Shown here: positions 1-8,942 of the stretch, piece after piece
How positions within the stretch are numbered: position 1 is the first letter of the stretch
Layout of the letters: every line of letters begins with the position of its first letter
NCBI GenBank assembly: GCA_002402995.1
Contig: DHGX01000004.1
Location: forward strand, 155,670-219,669
Length of the DNA: 64,000 nucleotides
Reading direction: 5' to 3'
DNA from: Patescibacteria group bacterium UBA4787
Lineage (GTDB): Bacteria > Patescibacteriota > Patescibacteriia > UBA2591 > UBA4787
Made by a program: the position numbers and the translations under genes
Notes under the pieces: generated by a model
The model's input: only the letters and a program-made list of their open reading frames with translations
Databases searched by the model: none
Told to the model about the DNA's origin: nothing

Positions 1-273
1 CCAAATAATATCTAGAGGAAACTTCATTTCGTTCATCCAAAATTTATAAAGGCTATTTTTGGGAAAAATAAAAATCATGCCCTGATTCTCCGCTAAGCTT
101 TGCCGGCCGGAAAGCCCCTTGCCCAATTTATAGGGCGTATCGGCGACATCAACTAAAATAATCTTGTCTTTTATGACAATGGTCGCTTTTTCGTATTTAT
201 TAATTTTAAAAATACAGCCGGCCAAAAACAAGCAAGCCAAAAATAATAAAATTATATAAGTTCGTTTAATCAT
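1..273 (-). CDS. DUF192-family lipoprotein, partial (runs off window start)
   Basis: Manual translation from ATG 273: MIKRTYIILLFLACLFLAGC (lipobox) ... VDVADTPYKLGKGLSGRQSLAENQGMIFIFP, a DUF192-type motif; not in the ORF track. Confidence 0.75.
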   Translation of the reverse strand, partial: MIKRTYIILLFLACLFLAGCIFKINKYEKATIVIKDKIILVDVADTPYKLGKGLSGRQSLAENQGMIFIFPKNSLYKFWMNEMKFPLDIIW

Positions 274-1367
274 ATTTTTTTAGCAAGACTGGCCAAAATA
301 ATCACAAAAAACATTATAATAAAAATAATGATCAGAGTAATAATTTTGATAGTTGTCGAAGGAGCAAACAAAGAAACGACGCCGAAACACAGAGAAACAA
401 GAGAATAAAACAAAACAATCTTTTTTTGTGACCAACCTAAATTTAATAGTCGAAAATGCAAATGATCTGTGCCGCCCTTGAAAGGAAAACTTTTATCAAC
501 GAATAAGCGTTTAATAAAAATCCAAAATAAATCGATAACCGCGATAGCCACCACCATTAAGGCAGTAGCTATTTTCCCGCCCGAAATAATAGCCAATAGG
601 CCCAACATAAATCCGGCGAATAAACTTCCGCTTTCGCCAAGAAAAATTTTCGCTGGATGGAAATTAAAAAACAGGAAACCTAAAAATGAGCCAGCGGCGA
701 TTAAAGACAAAACACCAACGTCTGGCTGTAGAAATTTAGTAAAAGCACAAAGAGCGAAAATAATTAAAAACCCCACAACGCTCAAGCTGGAAACCAGACC
801 GTCCAAACCATCGAGTAATTTAGTAGAATACATTAAAACCATTAACCAAATTAAAGTAAAAATATCGGCCGGCCAAGTAAAATACAAAGGGAATCCGTGC
901 CATCGTAAAATTTCTAATCTTGTTAAATCTAAGTGCCAATAGCCCGCGCCAATCGGATTATTAATATAGTGTATGCCGATGCCAGACATAATAATAACTA
1001 AACAAGATAAAAATGGAAAAATAATTTGTTGATACGGTTTGAGTTTATATTTGTCGTCTAAAAATCCGCCGACCATTAAAATACACGTGGCGGCAAAAAC
1101 CCCCCAAAGATTTTTATCAGTAACTGGGTTATAAATTTTAATCGGCCACCAACCAAAAATTTTAACCAACAATAAAGTTGAAAAAAACGCTAAAAATATC
1201 GCGAATCCACCCAATAAAGGGATAACTTGCTGATGTATTTTTCTTTCCGGCGCCAAAGACGGATCGTCAACAATTTTATGCCGCCAAGCCAGCTTTTTGA
1301 TTAAAGGCGTGACAATAACAGCCAAAAACAGACTGATAAAAAAAATGAATATATACGTCGATAACAT
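270..1367 (-). CDS. MraY/WecA-family undecaprenyl-phosphate GlcNAc-1-phosphate transferase
   Basis: Polytopic membrane protein with RKIH...PLLGG, GFLDD, LLDGLDGL, NFHPAKIFLGESGS and HLHFRL motifs. Confidence 0.9.
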   Translation of the reverse strand: MLSTYIFIFFISLFLAVIVTPLIKKLAWRHKIVDDPSLAPERKIHQQVIPLLGGFAIFLAFFSTLLLVKIFGWWPIKIYNPVTDKNLWGVFAATCILMVGGFLDDKYKLKPYQQIIFPFLSCLVIIMSGIGIHYINNPIGAGYWHLDLTRLEILRWHGFPLYFTWPADIFTLIWLMVLMYSTKLLDGLDGLVSSLSVVGFLIIFALCAFTKFLQPDVGVLSLIAAGSFLGFLFFNFHPAKIFLGESGSLFAGFMLGLLAIISGGKIATALMVVAIAVIDLFWIFIKRLFVDKSFPFKGGTDHLHFRLLNLGWSQKKIVLFYSLVSLCFGVVSLFAPSTTIKIITLIIIFIIMFFVIILASLAKKI

Positions 1368-1373
1368 AATAAA

Positions 1374-1760
1374 CTACAATCGATTAAAAAAGTCATCTAA
1401 AACAATTGCGGCAGCCGAAGCGTGGCTATGTTCTTGAAAAGCATCTAAACGTTCGGCCATTTGACTGGTCAAACGTTCATCAATAACGTGTATTTTTTTT
1501 GGCAACAGAGCTTTTTTTAATTTTTCAATAAATTCATCGGTTAATTCCGTTTGTTCTGTGATTTTATTTTCTAAACTAACAGGTCGACCAACTACGACTT
1601 CGTCTATTTTTTGATTTTCGATAAAATTAATGATTTCTTTTATAGCTGAATCATTTTTATCATTATCTAATTCGCCAGCCGGCATAGCTATTTTTAATTC
1701 GCTATCGCCTATTGCCAGACCAATATGTTTTAACCCGTAATCAATGCCTAAAATTTTCAT
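1374..1760 (-). CDS. ruvX: Holliday junction resolvase-like protein YqgF/RuvX
   Basis: ILGIDYGLKHIGLAIGD, VVVGRP, IDERLTS. Confidence 0.92.
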   Translation of the reverse strand: MKILGIDYGLKHIGLAIGDSELKIAMPAGELDNDKNDSAIKEIINFIENQKIDEVVVGRPVSLENKITEQTELTDEFIEKLKKALLPKKIHVIDERLTSQMAERLDAFQEHSHASAAAIVLDDFFNRL

Positions 1761-2552
1761 TTAACTATTCACTTTAATTTCTTCTATTGGCAAATTAATT
1801 TTAAGCCACTCCTTGGATAAATTACCAAAGTTGCCGCTTATGTCAGATACGTACAATTTATGATTTTGCCCTTTTGTTAATTTGCCAGCCAAGCCAGGAT
1901 CTTCCTCGATCATTTTTTTCAATTTTAAAACTATTTCTGTTGAAGGATCAATAATGTTAACGTGTTTACCAATTTTTAATTTGATTATATTTCTGACAAA
2001 AGGATAATGCGTACAACCTAATATTAAAGTGTCTATTTGTTGTTGTTTTAATGACCAGAGATATTTTCTAATGATTCTCTTAAGCTCAACTGATTTTAAC
2101 TGCCCTTCTTCAATAAAAGGGACCAAAAGCGGAGCGGATTGCGCAAAAACTTTAATAGATTTGTCGTGTTCGGCAATTAAGCGCTGATAAATTCCACTAT
2201 TAACCGTGGCGCGCGTGCCCAAAATGCCTATTTTTTTATTTTTAGTCGCTTTAATCGCCCGCTCCACCGCCGGCGTTACCACCTCTAAAATCGGCACGGG
2301 CGACTTTTTGATTAATTCATCAAAAGCCACAGCCGAAACCGTATTGCAAGCCACCACCACGAGCTTAACGCCTATTTTCAATAAAATATTTAAATCCTCT
2401 AAGGCGTACTTTTTGATTGTTTCCGTCCCGCGTCCACCATACGGCGTTCTGGCCGTATCACCAAAATAAACCACCTGATAATCAGGCAGGTATTCAAAAA
2501 TCTTTTTCACTACGGTTAACCCTCCGAGTCCGGAGTCAAAAACACCGATCAT
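1761..2552 (-). CDS. murI: Glutamate racemase
   Basis: IGVFDSGLGGLTV, VACNT, LILGCTHYP. Confidence 0.97.
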   Translation of the reverse strand: MIGVFDSGLGGLTVVKKIFEYLPDYQVVYFGDTARTPYGGRGTETIKKYALEDLNILLKIGVKLVVVACNTVSAVAFDELIKKSPVPILEVVTPAVERAIKATKNKKIGILGTRATVNSGIYQRLIAEHDKSIKVFAQSAPLLVPFIEEGQLKSVELKRIIRKYLWSLKQQQIDTLILGCTHYPFVRNIIKLKIGKHVNIIDPSTEIVLKLKKMIEEDPGLAGKLTKGQNHKLYVSDISGNFGNLSKEWLKINLPIEEIKVNS

Positions 2553-2633
2553 ATAAATTAGAATTTAGAATTTATAAAATAGAACATAAAAAATGAAATA
2601 TAAAAAGTTGAAACTAATTACAATGTATATCGT

Positions 2634-3398
2634 TTATTTTCTGGCTACGCAGACTATATTTCTACCGTTTATAATCTTTTCAATCTTAAAACCAGCAGCA
2701 ACTAATAGTTCCATTAATTCTTTCTGGGTAAAAACATAATAATAGCGGTAGATTATTTCTCCGTTACCGATTTTCCATGGTATTAAAAAATCACGTAAGC
2801 CTGATCCTTCATATAATTGAGGATTCTTAACTCTTTGAGTCGCTTGCTCTAAAATGCGCTCTGAGTTCACTAAATTCCAAACCGAACAAATAAACAGACC
2901 GCCCGGCCTCAAAACTCTAAAACATTCTTTAAGAGACTTTAATCTTAATTCGGCAGACGGCAAATGATGTAAAACCGCGATATAAAAAATAATATCAAAA
3001 AAATTGTCTTCTAATTTAAGGTCTGTGACTTCGCCTTCGCAGCAACAGATTTCCGGATATTTTTCTTTGGTTATATTCAACAAAGACTTACAGCTATCCA
3101 CGCCTAAATATTCGGCATTATGTTTCTTAATAATTGGATAAAGACGAGCATTGCCGCAGCCCAAATCTAAAATTTTCATTTCCGATTTAACATGTTCTTC
3201 GGCTAAAATCTCTACTTCCGGCCAATTCAAAAAACGAGAAGCAGAAAATTCTACCGCCAATCTTTCATAATCTTTTTTATTTTTTTCTAAAATCTTATTG
3301 GTCAATTCCTCTCTCATGGGCGGAGTAATTTTCTTCGGCCAAGCTGATTTTATATAATTTTTAATGTTTTCTGTGTTTTTAAATATAGACATAAACAT
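2634..3398 (-). CDS. Class I SAM-dependent methyltransferase, Trm9/ALKBH8-like
   Basis: ILDLGCGNAR motif I; IAVLHHL...R...LKECFRVLRPGG...SVW; DFLIPWK; RYYYVF...EL, resembling Trm9/ALKBH8 signature segments. Confidence 0.75.
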   Translation of the reverse strand: MFMSIFKNTENIKNYIKSAWPKKITPPMREELTNKILEKNKKDYERLAVEFSASRFLNWPEVEILAEEHVKSEMKILDLGCGNARLYPIIKKHNAEYLGVDSCKSLLNITKEKYPEICCCEGEVTDLKLEDNFFDIIFYIAVLHHLPSAELRLKSLKECFRVLRPGGLFICSVWNLVNSERILEQATQRVKNPQLYEGSGLRDFLIPWKIGNGEIIYRYYYVFTQKELMELLVAAGFKIEKIINGRNIVCVARK

Positions 3399-3432
3399 AA
3401 ATTCACTTTAGAATAAACCTGTGCTTTCGTCA

Positions 3433-5058
3433 ATGTTAGAAAAAATTATAAAAAAAATCATCAAATCTCGTCCGCAAACAGCTGAAGGGCTAATTAAAAT
3501 AAAAAGGGAGACGAGTAACAAATTAAAAATTCCTGCTCCGTCTAACATTGAACTTATTGAAAAATTAAAATCTTATAAACAAACCAAGAATACTCGACAA
3601 ATCATTAAACTTTTACGCCGTCACCCAGTACGAACTTTGTCTGGCATTGCAAGCGTGGCGGTTTTGACCAAACCCTGGCCGTGCCCCGGCAAATGCATTT
3701 ATTGTCCCGAAGAAAAAAATATCCCCAAGAGCTATTTATCAGGCGAACCGGCGGTTGATCGCGCCAAAGCTTTAAAATTTAACCCCTATTTACAAGTCGC
3801 AAAACGCATAGAAATTCTAGAAAAAAACGGCCACCCAACCGACAAAATTGAATTAATCGTTATCGGCGGCACATGGAGCTGCTTACCATTAAAATATCAA
3901 AATTATTTTATCAAGCGTTGTTTTGATGGCGCCAATCAAAAAACCAGCAAAAATCTGTCGCTGGCGCAAAAATTAAACGAGAAAGCTAAACATAGAATTG
4001 TCGGCTTAACATTGGAAACCCGCCCAGATTTTATTACATCAAAAGAAATAAAACGCATGCGTCAACTTGGCTGTACACGCGTAGAAATAGGAGTCCAAAG
4101 CATTGATGATAAAATTTTAGAATTTAACCAACGCGGCATAACCACCGAGCAAGTCACCGAAATTACTGAATTATTAAAAAACGCTGGTTTTAAAATTTGC
4201 TATCACATGATGCCCGGACTACCTAAATCTTCACCCCAAAAAGATTATAAAATTTTTAAACAATTATTCAACGATGAAAGATTTCAACCGGATATGTTAA
4301 AAATTTATCCGTGCGTCGTAACAAAAGGCTCAAAATTATATAAAATTTGGCAAGCCAAAAAATTTATTCCTTATAATGACAATAAGTTAATTGATTTACT
4401 GGTAAAAATAAAAAGGGAAATTATTCCGCCCTACGTGAGAATTATGCGTCTTTTCCGCGATATCCCCTCTAATCTTATAGAGGGCGGGACAAAAATATCC
4501 AATTTGCGCGAAGTTATTTTAGAAAAATTAAAAAAACAAGGCGCAGAATGTCAATGTATACATTGTCGAGAGATTAGAAATGAACCGTTCGAATCATTTA
4601 AGAATATCAAATTGGTTAATAGAATATATCGTGCTTCTGGCGGCAGAGAAATATTTCTTTCTTTTGAAGATACCAGAAAAAACCCCAGTAGTAGAGCCTC
4701 GACAAGAGCTTCGAATGGGCTCAGCCGAACGTCCTCGGTTCACTACGGGGCAGGTAAACTAGTCGCTTTTTTAAGATTGCGGTTGCCGCCAAAAAACAAA
4801 AAAAATATATTTAACGTTCTTAAAAATTCTGCCTTAATCCGGGAAATTCATACTTATGGCCAGATGACATCTATCGGCAAAAAGTCGTCCAACGCTCAAC
4901 ATTTAAAATTCGGCCAAAGATTAATTCGAGAAAGCGAGAAAATCGCTCTAAAAAATGGTTATCGAAAAATGACCATTATCGCTGGTATAGGCGTTCGCCA
5001 ATATTTTAAAAAGTTCGGCTATCGCCTTAGCCAAACCTATATGATAAAAAATATATAA
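3433..5058 (+). CDS. elp3: Elp3 radical SAM/KAT tRNA U34 carboxymethyltransferase, with a 72-bp in-frame repeat insertion
   Basis: PVRTLSGIA, CPGKCIYCP, PKSYLSGEP, LETRPD, LKIYP, IREIHTYG, QH...G, IAGIGVRQYFKKFGY; ATG at 3433 preferred over GTG 3421. Confidence 0.93.
   Translation: MLEKIIKKIIKSRPQTAEGLIKIKRETSNKLKIPAPSNIELIEKLKSYKQTKNTRQIIKLLRRHPVRTLSGIASVAVLTKPWPCPGKCIYCPEEKNIPKSYLSGEPAVDRAKALKFNPYLQVAKRIEILEKNGHPTDKIELIVIGGTWSCLPLKYQNYFIKRCFDGANQKTSKNLSLAQKLNEKAKHRIVGLTLETRPDFITSKEIKRMRQLGCTRVEIGVQSIDDKILEFNQRGITTEQVTEITELLKNAGFKICYHMMPGLPKSSPQKDYKIFKQLFNDERFQPDMLKIYPCVVTKGSKLYKIWQAKKFIPYNDNKLIDLLVKIKREIIPPYVRIMRLFRDIPSNLIEGGTKISNLREVILEKLKKQGAECQCIHCREIRNEPFESFKNIKLVNRIYRASGGREIFLSFEDTRKNPSSRASTRASNGLSRTSSVHYGAGKLVAFLRLRLPPKNKKNIFNVLKNSALIREIHTYGQMTSIGKKSSNAQHLKFGQRLIRESEKIALKNGYRKMTIIAGIGVRQYFKKFGYRLSQTYMIKNI
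4683..4754. mobile_element. 72-bp palindromic element inserted in frame in elp3
   Basis: CCCCAGTAGTAGA...TTCACTACGGGGCAGG; same ends as the 37-bp insert at 46972-47008; removal restores EDTRKNKLVAFLRLR. Confidence 0.8.
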
Positions 5059-5077
5059 ATCACCAGTCTTTCGAATT

Positions 5078-6376
5078 TTAGGTTTTATCGCCCCACATTG
5101 AATCCTGTCTAACTAAAAGATTCTTAGCGCGTTGCGGTTCGGCCATTATTGCTTGCACAATTTTTTCCATTCTCGCGCCTTGTGAACCCTTAACCAATAT
5201 TATATCTCCTTTTTTAATATTGTTTTTCAAAAATTCAATCGCCTCTGATTGTTGCTCAAAAGATAAAGTCTTTTTTAAATTTTCTTTATTTTTTTGGGCA
5301 CCCTCGGCAATTTCTTTGGCTAATTTGCCAACCGTAATCAAAAGATCTATATCATTAATAAATTCAGACTTGCCGACATTTAGATGGTATTCTGCGCTAT
5401 TCCTTCCTAATTCCAACATATCGCCTAGAACAGCGATTCTCCTAGCCTGAGGCGATTTTTCAATTTCTAACAAATTACTAAGCGCCGCTTCTGTTGCTGT
5501 GGGAGAAGCATTATAAGTATCATCAATAACCAAACTTTGATTGATCCCCGCGATAGGATTCATTCTTCCTTTGACTGCCGCGCATTTACCGCAAGATTCA
5601 GAAATTTCGATAAGATTCAAATCAAAGATAACACCGACTGCGACCGCCGCAAGAACGGCGTAAACCTGTGAACGCGAAATTATTTTAGGCAGAAAAATTG
5701 GAACCACACTGCCATGATGCTGTATTTTCATTCGTATACCATTAATTTTTGTTGTATCATCTTCTATCCGTTGGTCCAATTCGTATTCCATTATCCTAAC
5801 ATCCGCTCTTTCCGAAAAACCAAAACTTATAATCTTAACCTTAATGTGTTCTTTCATGCCCCAGGCCAAATCATCGTCGGCATTAAGAACTGCCCAACCA
5901 GATAACGGCAAAGAAGCAACTAATAATTGTTTTTCTCTAACAATATTTTCTATTGAACCAAAAAATTCTAAATGCGTGGGGGCAATAGCGGTTATAACAC
6001 CGATTTCCGGCTGAACAATGGTGTGCAAATATTTCATATCGCCCGAACGATCCACGCCCATTTCTAAAACTAGAATTTTTGGATAAGAAATTTCTCGAAA
6101 AATTAAACCACCCCAAGCCATCCAGAAAACTCTTAGCCAGCCGGCCAAAGATTTGCCCGGCGACAAACGTCCTAAAATGGTTAGAGGCACGCCTAATTCA
6201 TTGTTATAATTTTTAATCGTCCGCCTAACCTCGAAGTAATCTTTTAAAATCGCGTATATCATTTCTTTGCTTGAAGATTTACCGATGCTTCCCGTAATGC
6301 CAATAACTCTTGGGTGATATTTCTTTATAAATTTTTGGGCTAAATTTTTTAGCCAGAAACGTATTAATTTTTTCAT
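5078..6376 (-). CDS. murF: UDP-N-acetylmuramoyl-tripeptide--D-Ala-D-Ala ligase
   Basis: GITGSIGKSSSKE, NYNNELGVPLT, DDTYNASP, LGDMLELG, LVKGSQG. Confidence 0.93.
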   Translation of the reverse strand: MKKLIRFWLKNLAQKFIKKYHPRVIGITGSIGKSSSKEMIYAILKDYFEVRRTIKNYNNELGVPLTILGRLSPGKSLAGWLRVFWMAWGGLIFREISYPKILVLEMGVDRSGDMKYLHTIVQPEIGVITAIAPTHLEFFGSIENIVREKQLLVASLPLSGWAVLNADDDLAWGMKEHIKVKIISFGFSERADVRIMEYELDQRIEDDTTKINGIRMKIQHHGSVVPIFLPKIISRSQVYAVLAAVAVGVIFDLNLIEISESCGKCAAVKGRMNPIAGINQSLVIDDTYNASPTATEAALSNLLEIEKSPQARRIAVLGDMLELGRNSAEYHLNVGKSEFINDIDLLITVGKLAKEIAEGAQKNKENLKKTLSFEQQSEAIEFLKNNIKKGDIILVKGSQGARMEKIVQAIMAEPQRAKNLLVRQDSMWGDKT

Positions 6377-6403
6377 ATGCGATAGACGTTAATATTCCAA
6401 CTT

Positions 6404-6662
6404 ATACCCCGTAATACAACTTCGACTGGGCCGACTATCATCGGCCCAAAAAAGACCCGGGAGAATTTTGTTAGTTAGATTGATAAACCCCGTTAGAGAT
6501 TTAAAATTAAATATATTTAGGAGATTGACAAGAGCCGTGAGGCGGCTTTGCCTTAGTTGGGCGACAAAAGATAGTCTCGGCTGAATCTCTAACGGGGTAA
6601 ACATAAATACTTACTAAGACCTAAAAAATTATGAAAAATATCGAAGATGATATACGGGGTAT
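6404..6662. repeat. Nested inverted-repeat element (CCCCG...CGGGG family) between ftsI and murF
   Basis: Outer arms ATACCCCGTA 6404-6413 / TACGGGGTAT 6653-6662; inner arms ACCCCGTTAGAGATT 6487-6501 / AATCTCTAACGGGGT 6584-6598; hairpin TGGGCCGA/TCGGCCCA 6427-6448. Confidence 0.8.
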
Positions 6663-6671
6663 GCTGATTGA

Positions 6672-8402
6672 TCATTTTCTATTGGGCGGTATCTGATAAT
6701 AGTTTAATGCAAATTTAGCGAATTTGCCAAATATCGGAGCAGCTGTAGATTCGGCGAAGTTTCCTATTTTTGGATTTATTATCTTAACTACTCCTACAAA
6801 AACCGGATTTTCTGCGGGCGCAAAACCCACAAAAGAATGAATCGTTTCTTCGGAATAACCGCCAGACTTATTAGGAACTTGAGCGGTGCCAGTTTTCCCG
6901 GCAACATAATAACCGGGCACTCTAGCTAATATGCCATAACCGTTCTCCAAGACAGACACCATCATCGCCCCCAAAGTCTTAGCAGTCTCCGGCGTAATGA
7001 CTTGCCTAATAAAATAGGGTTGAGTCATCTCTTCTTTCCCTTCGGGACTAATAATTTTCGCTAATAAATACGGTTTATATAATTTACCTTTGTTGGCGAT
7101 AGCGGAAATAGCCGTAGCTAATTGAATAGGGGTGACCGATATGCCCTGACCGAATGAAGCAGTGGCTAAATAAATATCGCTATTCTTTTCTAAATTGCTA
7201 ATATCGCCCGTAGTCTCGTTAGGTTGTTCTATCTCGGTTAAAGAACCAAAACTAAAATCTTTAACATAAGAACGAAAAAGACTATACCCTAATAACCTGG
7301 CCGCGAAAACCGCCCCTGTGTTTAAAGATTTTTCCAGGACATTAGTCATTGTTTTGGTGCCGTACGCTTTTTTGTCAGAATTCCTAATAGTATAATTGCC
7401 AATTTTAACTTCGCCTGTGTCTTCATAGGTGGTATCGGGTTCAAGTTTATTAGCATCTAAAGCGGCAGCCATGGTAATAACTTTAAAAATTGATCCTGGT
7501 TCAAATGCGTCTGAAGCGGCAACATCTAAAAAATCATGATAATTTTTAGTTTTATTGTATTGATTTGAATCAAAATTAGGATAATTACATAAAGCCAATA
7601 CAGCGCCATTTTTAGGATTCATAATAATCGCCGTTCCCCCTTCGGCTCGAGAATCTTTTATGCCCTCTAATAAATCTTTGCAAACCACATATTGCAACGA
7701 CCTATCAATTGTAAGAATTAAATTACTGCCATCTTTGGCTTGTTTTATGGTTTTGGCTGAATCTAAAATAGAAACCTTGCCGGGCGCATATTCACTTCTT
7801 AATAATCCATTTTCTCCCGCGAGTTGTTTATCAAAAAATTCTTCTACGCCATATAAGCCCTGTCGTTTATCGTCTTTTGTGCCTACAAAACCGATTAAAT
7901 GGCTAAATATTTCTCCTTCGGAATAATATCTTTTGAAACCTTCTTCTGTCGTAATGCCAGGCAAATTTAATTCTTTGATTTGTTTGGCTAAATCGTAACC
8001 TATATCTCTCTTTAATAATTCATAATAATCTATGCGTTTTGATAATCTTGATTTCAGTTCATTAAATTCTTTAGAATTTTCATCTTGAATTCCTAAAAAT
8101 CCAGCAACGATCTTGGTTGTTGAAGCGACGTCTTTTATTTCGGCGGGAATGGCGATGAGATTATAATTATTTATATTTACCGCCAGGGGGAAATTATTAT
8201 AATCTTCGATTGTTCCACGTTTCGCTTCTAAGATACGATCTTCTCCTTGTCGATAAAGAGCTAAAGTATTGTAATATGGATGTTTGATTATCTGTAAATA
8301 AAATAGTCGGGTAATGATTATAAAACCTAAAATAAAAATAACCGCCGATAAGAAAAAGATTCTTTTATTGCTTTCTGTAAAGAAATATTCGCGGTTATTC
8401 AT
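6672..8402 (-). CDS. ftsI: Class B penicillin-binding protein (FtsI/PBP2-like)
   Basis: N-terminal TM, AKRGTI dimerisation domain, FEPGSIFK (SxxK), SLN (SxN), KTGTAQ; lies in the dcw cluster. Confidence 0.88.
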   Translation of the reverse strand: MNNREYFFTESNKRIFFLSAVIFILGFIIITRLFYLQIIKHPYYNTLALYRQGEDRILEAKRGTIEDYNNFPLAVNINNYNLIAIPAEIKDVASTTKIVAGFLGIQDENSKEFNELKSRLSKRIDYYELLKRDIGYDLAKQIKELNLPGITTEEGFKRYYSEGEIFSHLIGFVGTKDDKRQGLYGVEEFFDKQLAGENGLLRSEYAPGKVSILDSAKTIKQAKDGSNLILTIDRSLQYVVCKDLLEGIKDSRAEGGTAIIMNPKNGAVLALCNYPNFDSNQYNKTKNYHDFLDVAASDAFEPGSIFKVITMAAALDANKLEPDTTYEDTGEVKIGNYTIRNSDKKAYGTKTMTNVLEKSLNTGAVFAARLLGYSLFRSYVKDFSFGSLTEIEQPNETTGDISNLEKNSDIYLATASFGQGISVTPIQLATAISAIANKGKLYKPYLLAKIISPEGKEEMTQPYFIRQVITPETAKTLGAMMVSVLENGYGILARVPGYYVAGKTGTAQVPNKSGGYSEETIHSFVGFAPAENPVFVGVVKIINPKIGNFAESTAAPIFGKFAKFALNYYQIPPNRK

Positions 8403-8489
8403 ATTCAAAACTATTTCGAAACTTAATCCGCCAACCGGCGAAACCGTCCGGTGAATTAAAGTCTATATCACAGATCTATATAAATCTTT

Positions 8490-8600
8490 ATTTATTATCA
8501 AGCGAACGAGTGAAATGAAAAACGAAGTTTTTTATTTCCGACCTGTCTCGCCGACGCGAGTCAAGGCGGGGCGAGCGAAGATAACACAGAGTTAATACTC
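8490..8600 (+). repeat. Family B structured repeat with a 29-bp inserted hairpin (8542-8570)
   Basis: TTATCAAGCGAACGAG...TTCCGA[CCTGTCTCGCCGACGCGAGTCAAGGCGGG]GCGAGCGAAGATAACACAGAGTTAATAC; near-identical copy at 42983-43092. Confidence 0.85.
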
Positions 8601-8942
8601 TTTATTTTGCGCAACAGCAGCAATGCCGTCTTTTACATAATCAAGCGCCTTCGCCTCAACTAAATTTAATTTTTGGGCGTCCACGGCTATGTTTTCAATA
8701 GATTTAGTCCGCGACAATTCAATAATAATATTCTGATTATCTGCTATTAATTCTTTGGTTCTTCCATCCAAACTGCGCATAACGTATCCAGCCGAAGCTA
8801 TGCGATTAGCCTGAAAAAGATAAAACCCGAGAAAAATTACAAAACAACCGATAAACAATAAATTAATCTTTTTATAAAACGAATTAGTTAGGCCTAGAAA
8901 ATTGGATTTTAACCCCCCATTGCCCTGATAATATTTTGTCAT
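8592..8942 (-). CDS. FtsL-like cell division protein
   Basis: Single TM plus coiled coil ending IENIA..AQKLNL; located between rsmH and ftsI. Confidence 0.65.
   Translation of the reverse strand: MTKYYQGNGGLKSNFLGLTNSFYKKINLLFIGCFVIFLGFYLFQANRIASAGYVMRSLDGRTKELIADNQNIIIELSRTKSIENIAVDAQKLNLVEAKALDYVKDGIAAVAQNKEY

Noticed and set aside
6389-6604. 71-aa ORF, and similarly the ORF at 58657-58908 and the N-terminal extensions at 46773-46907 and 57770-57886
   Set aside because: These frames run through repeat, tRNA or tmRNA sequence and have no protein-like features
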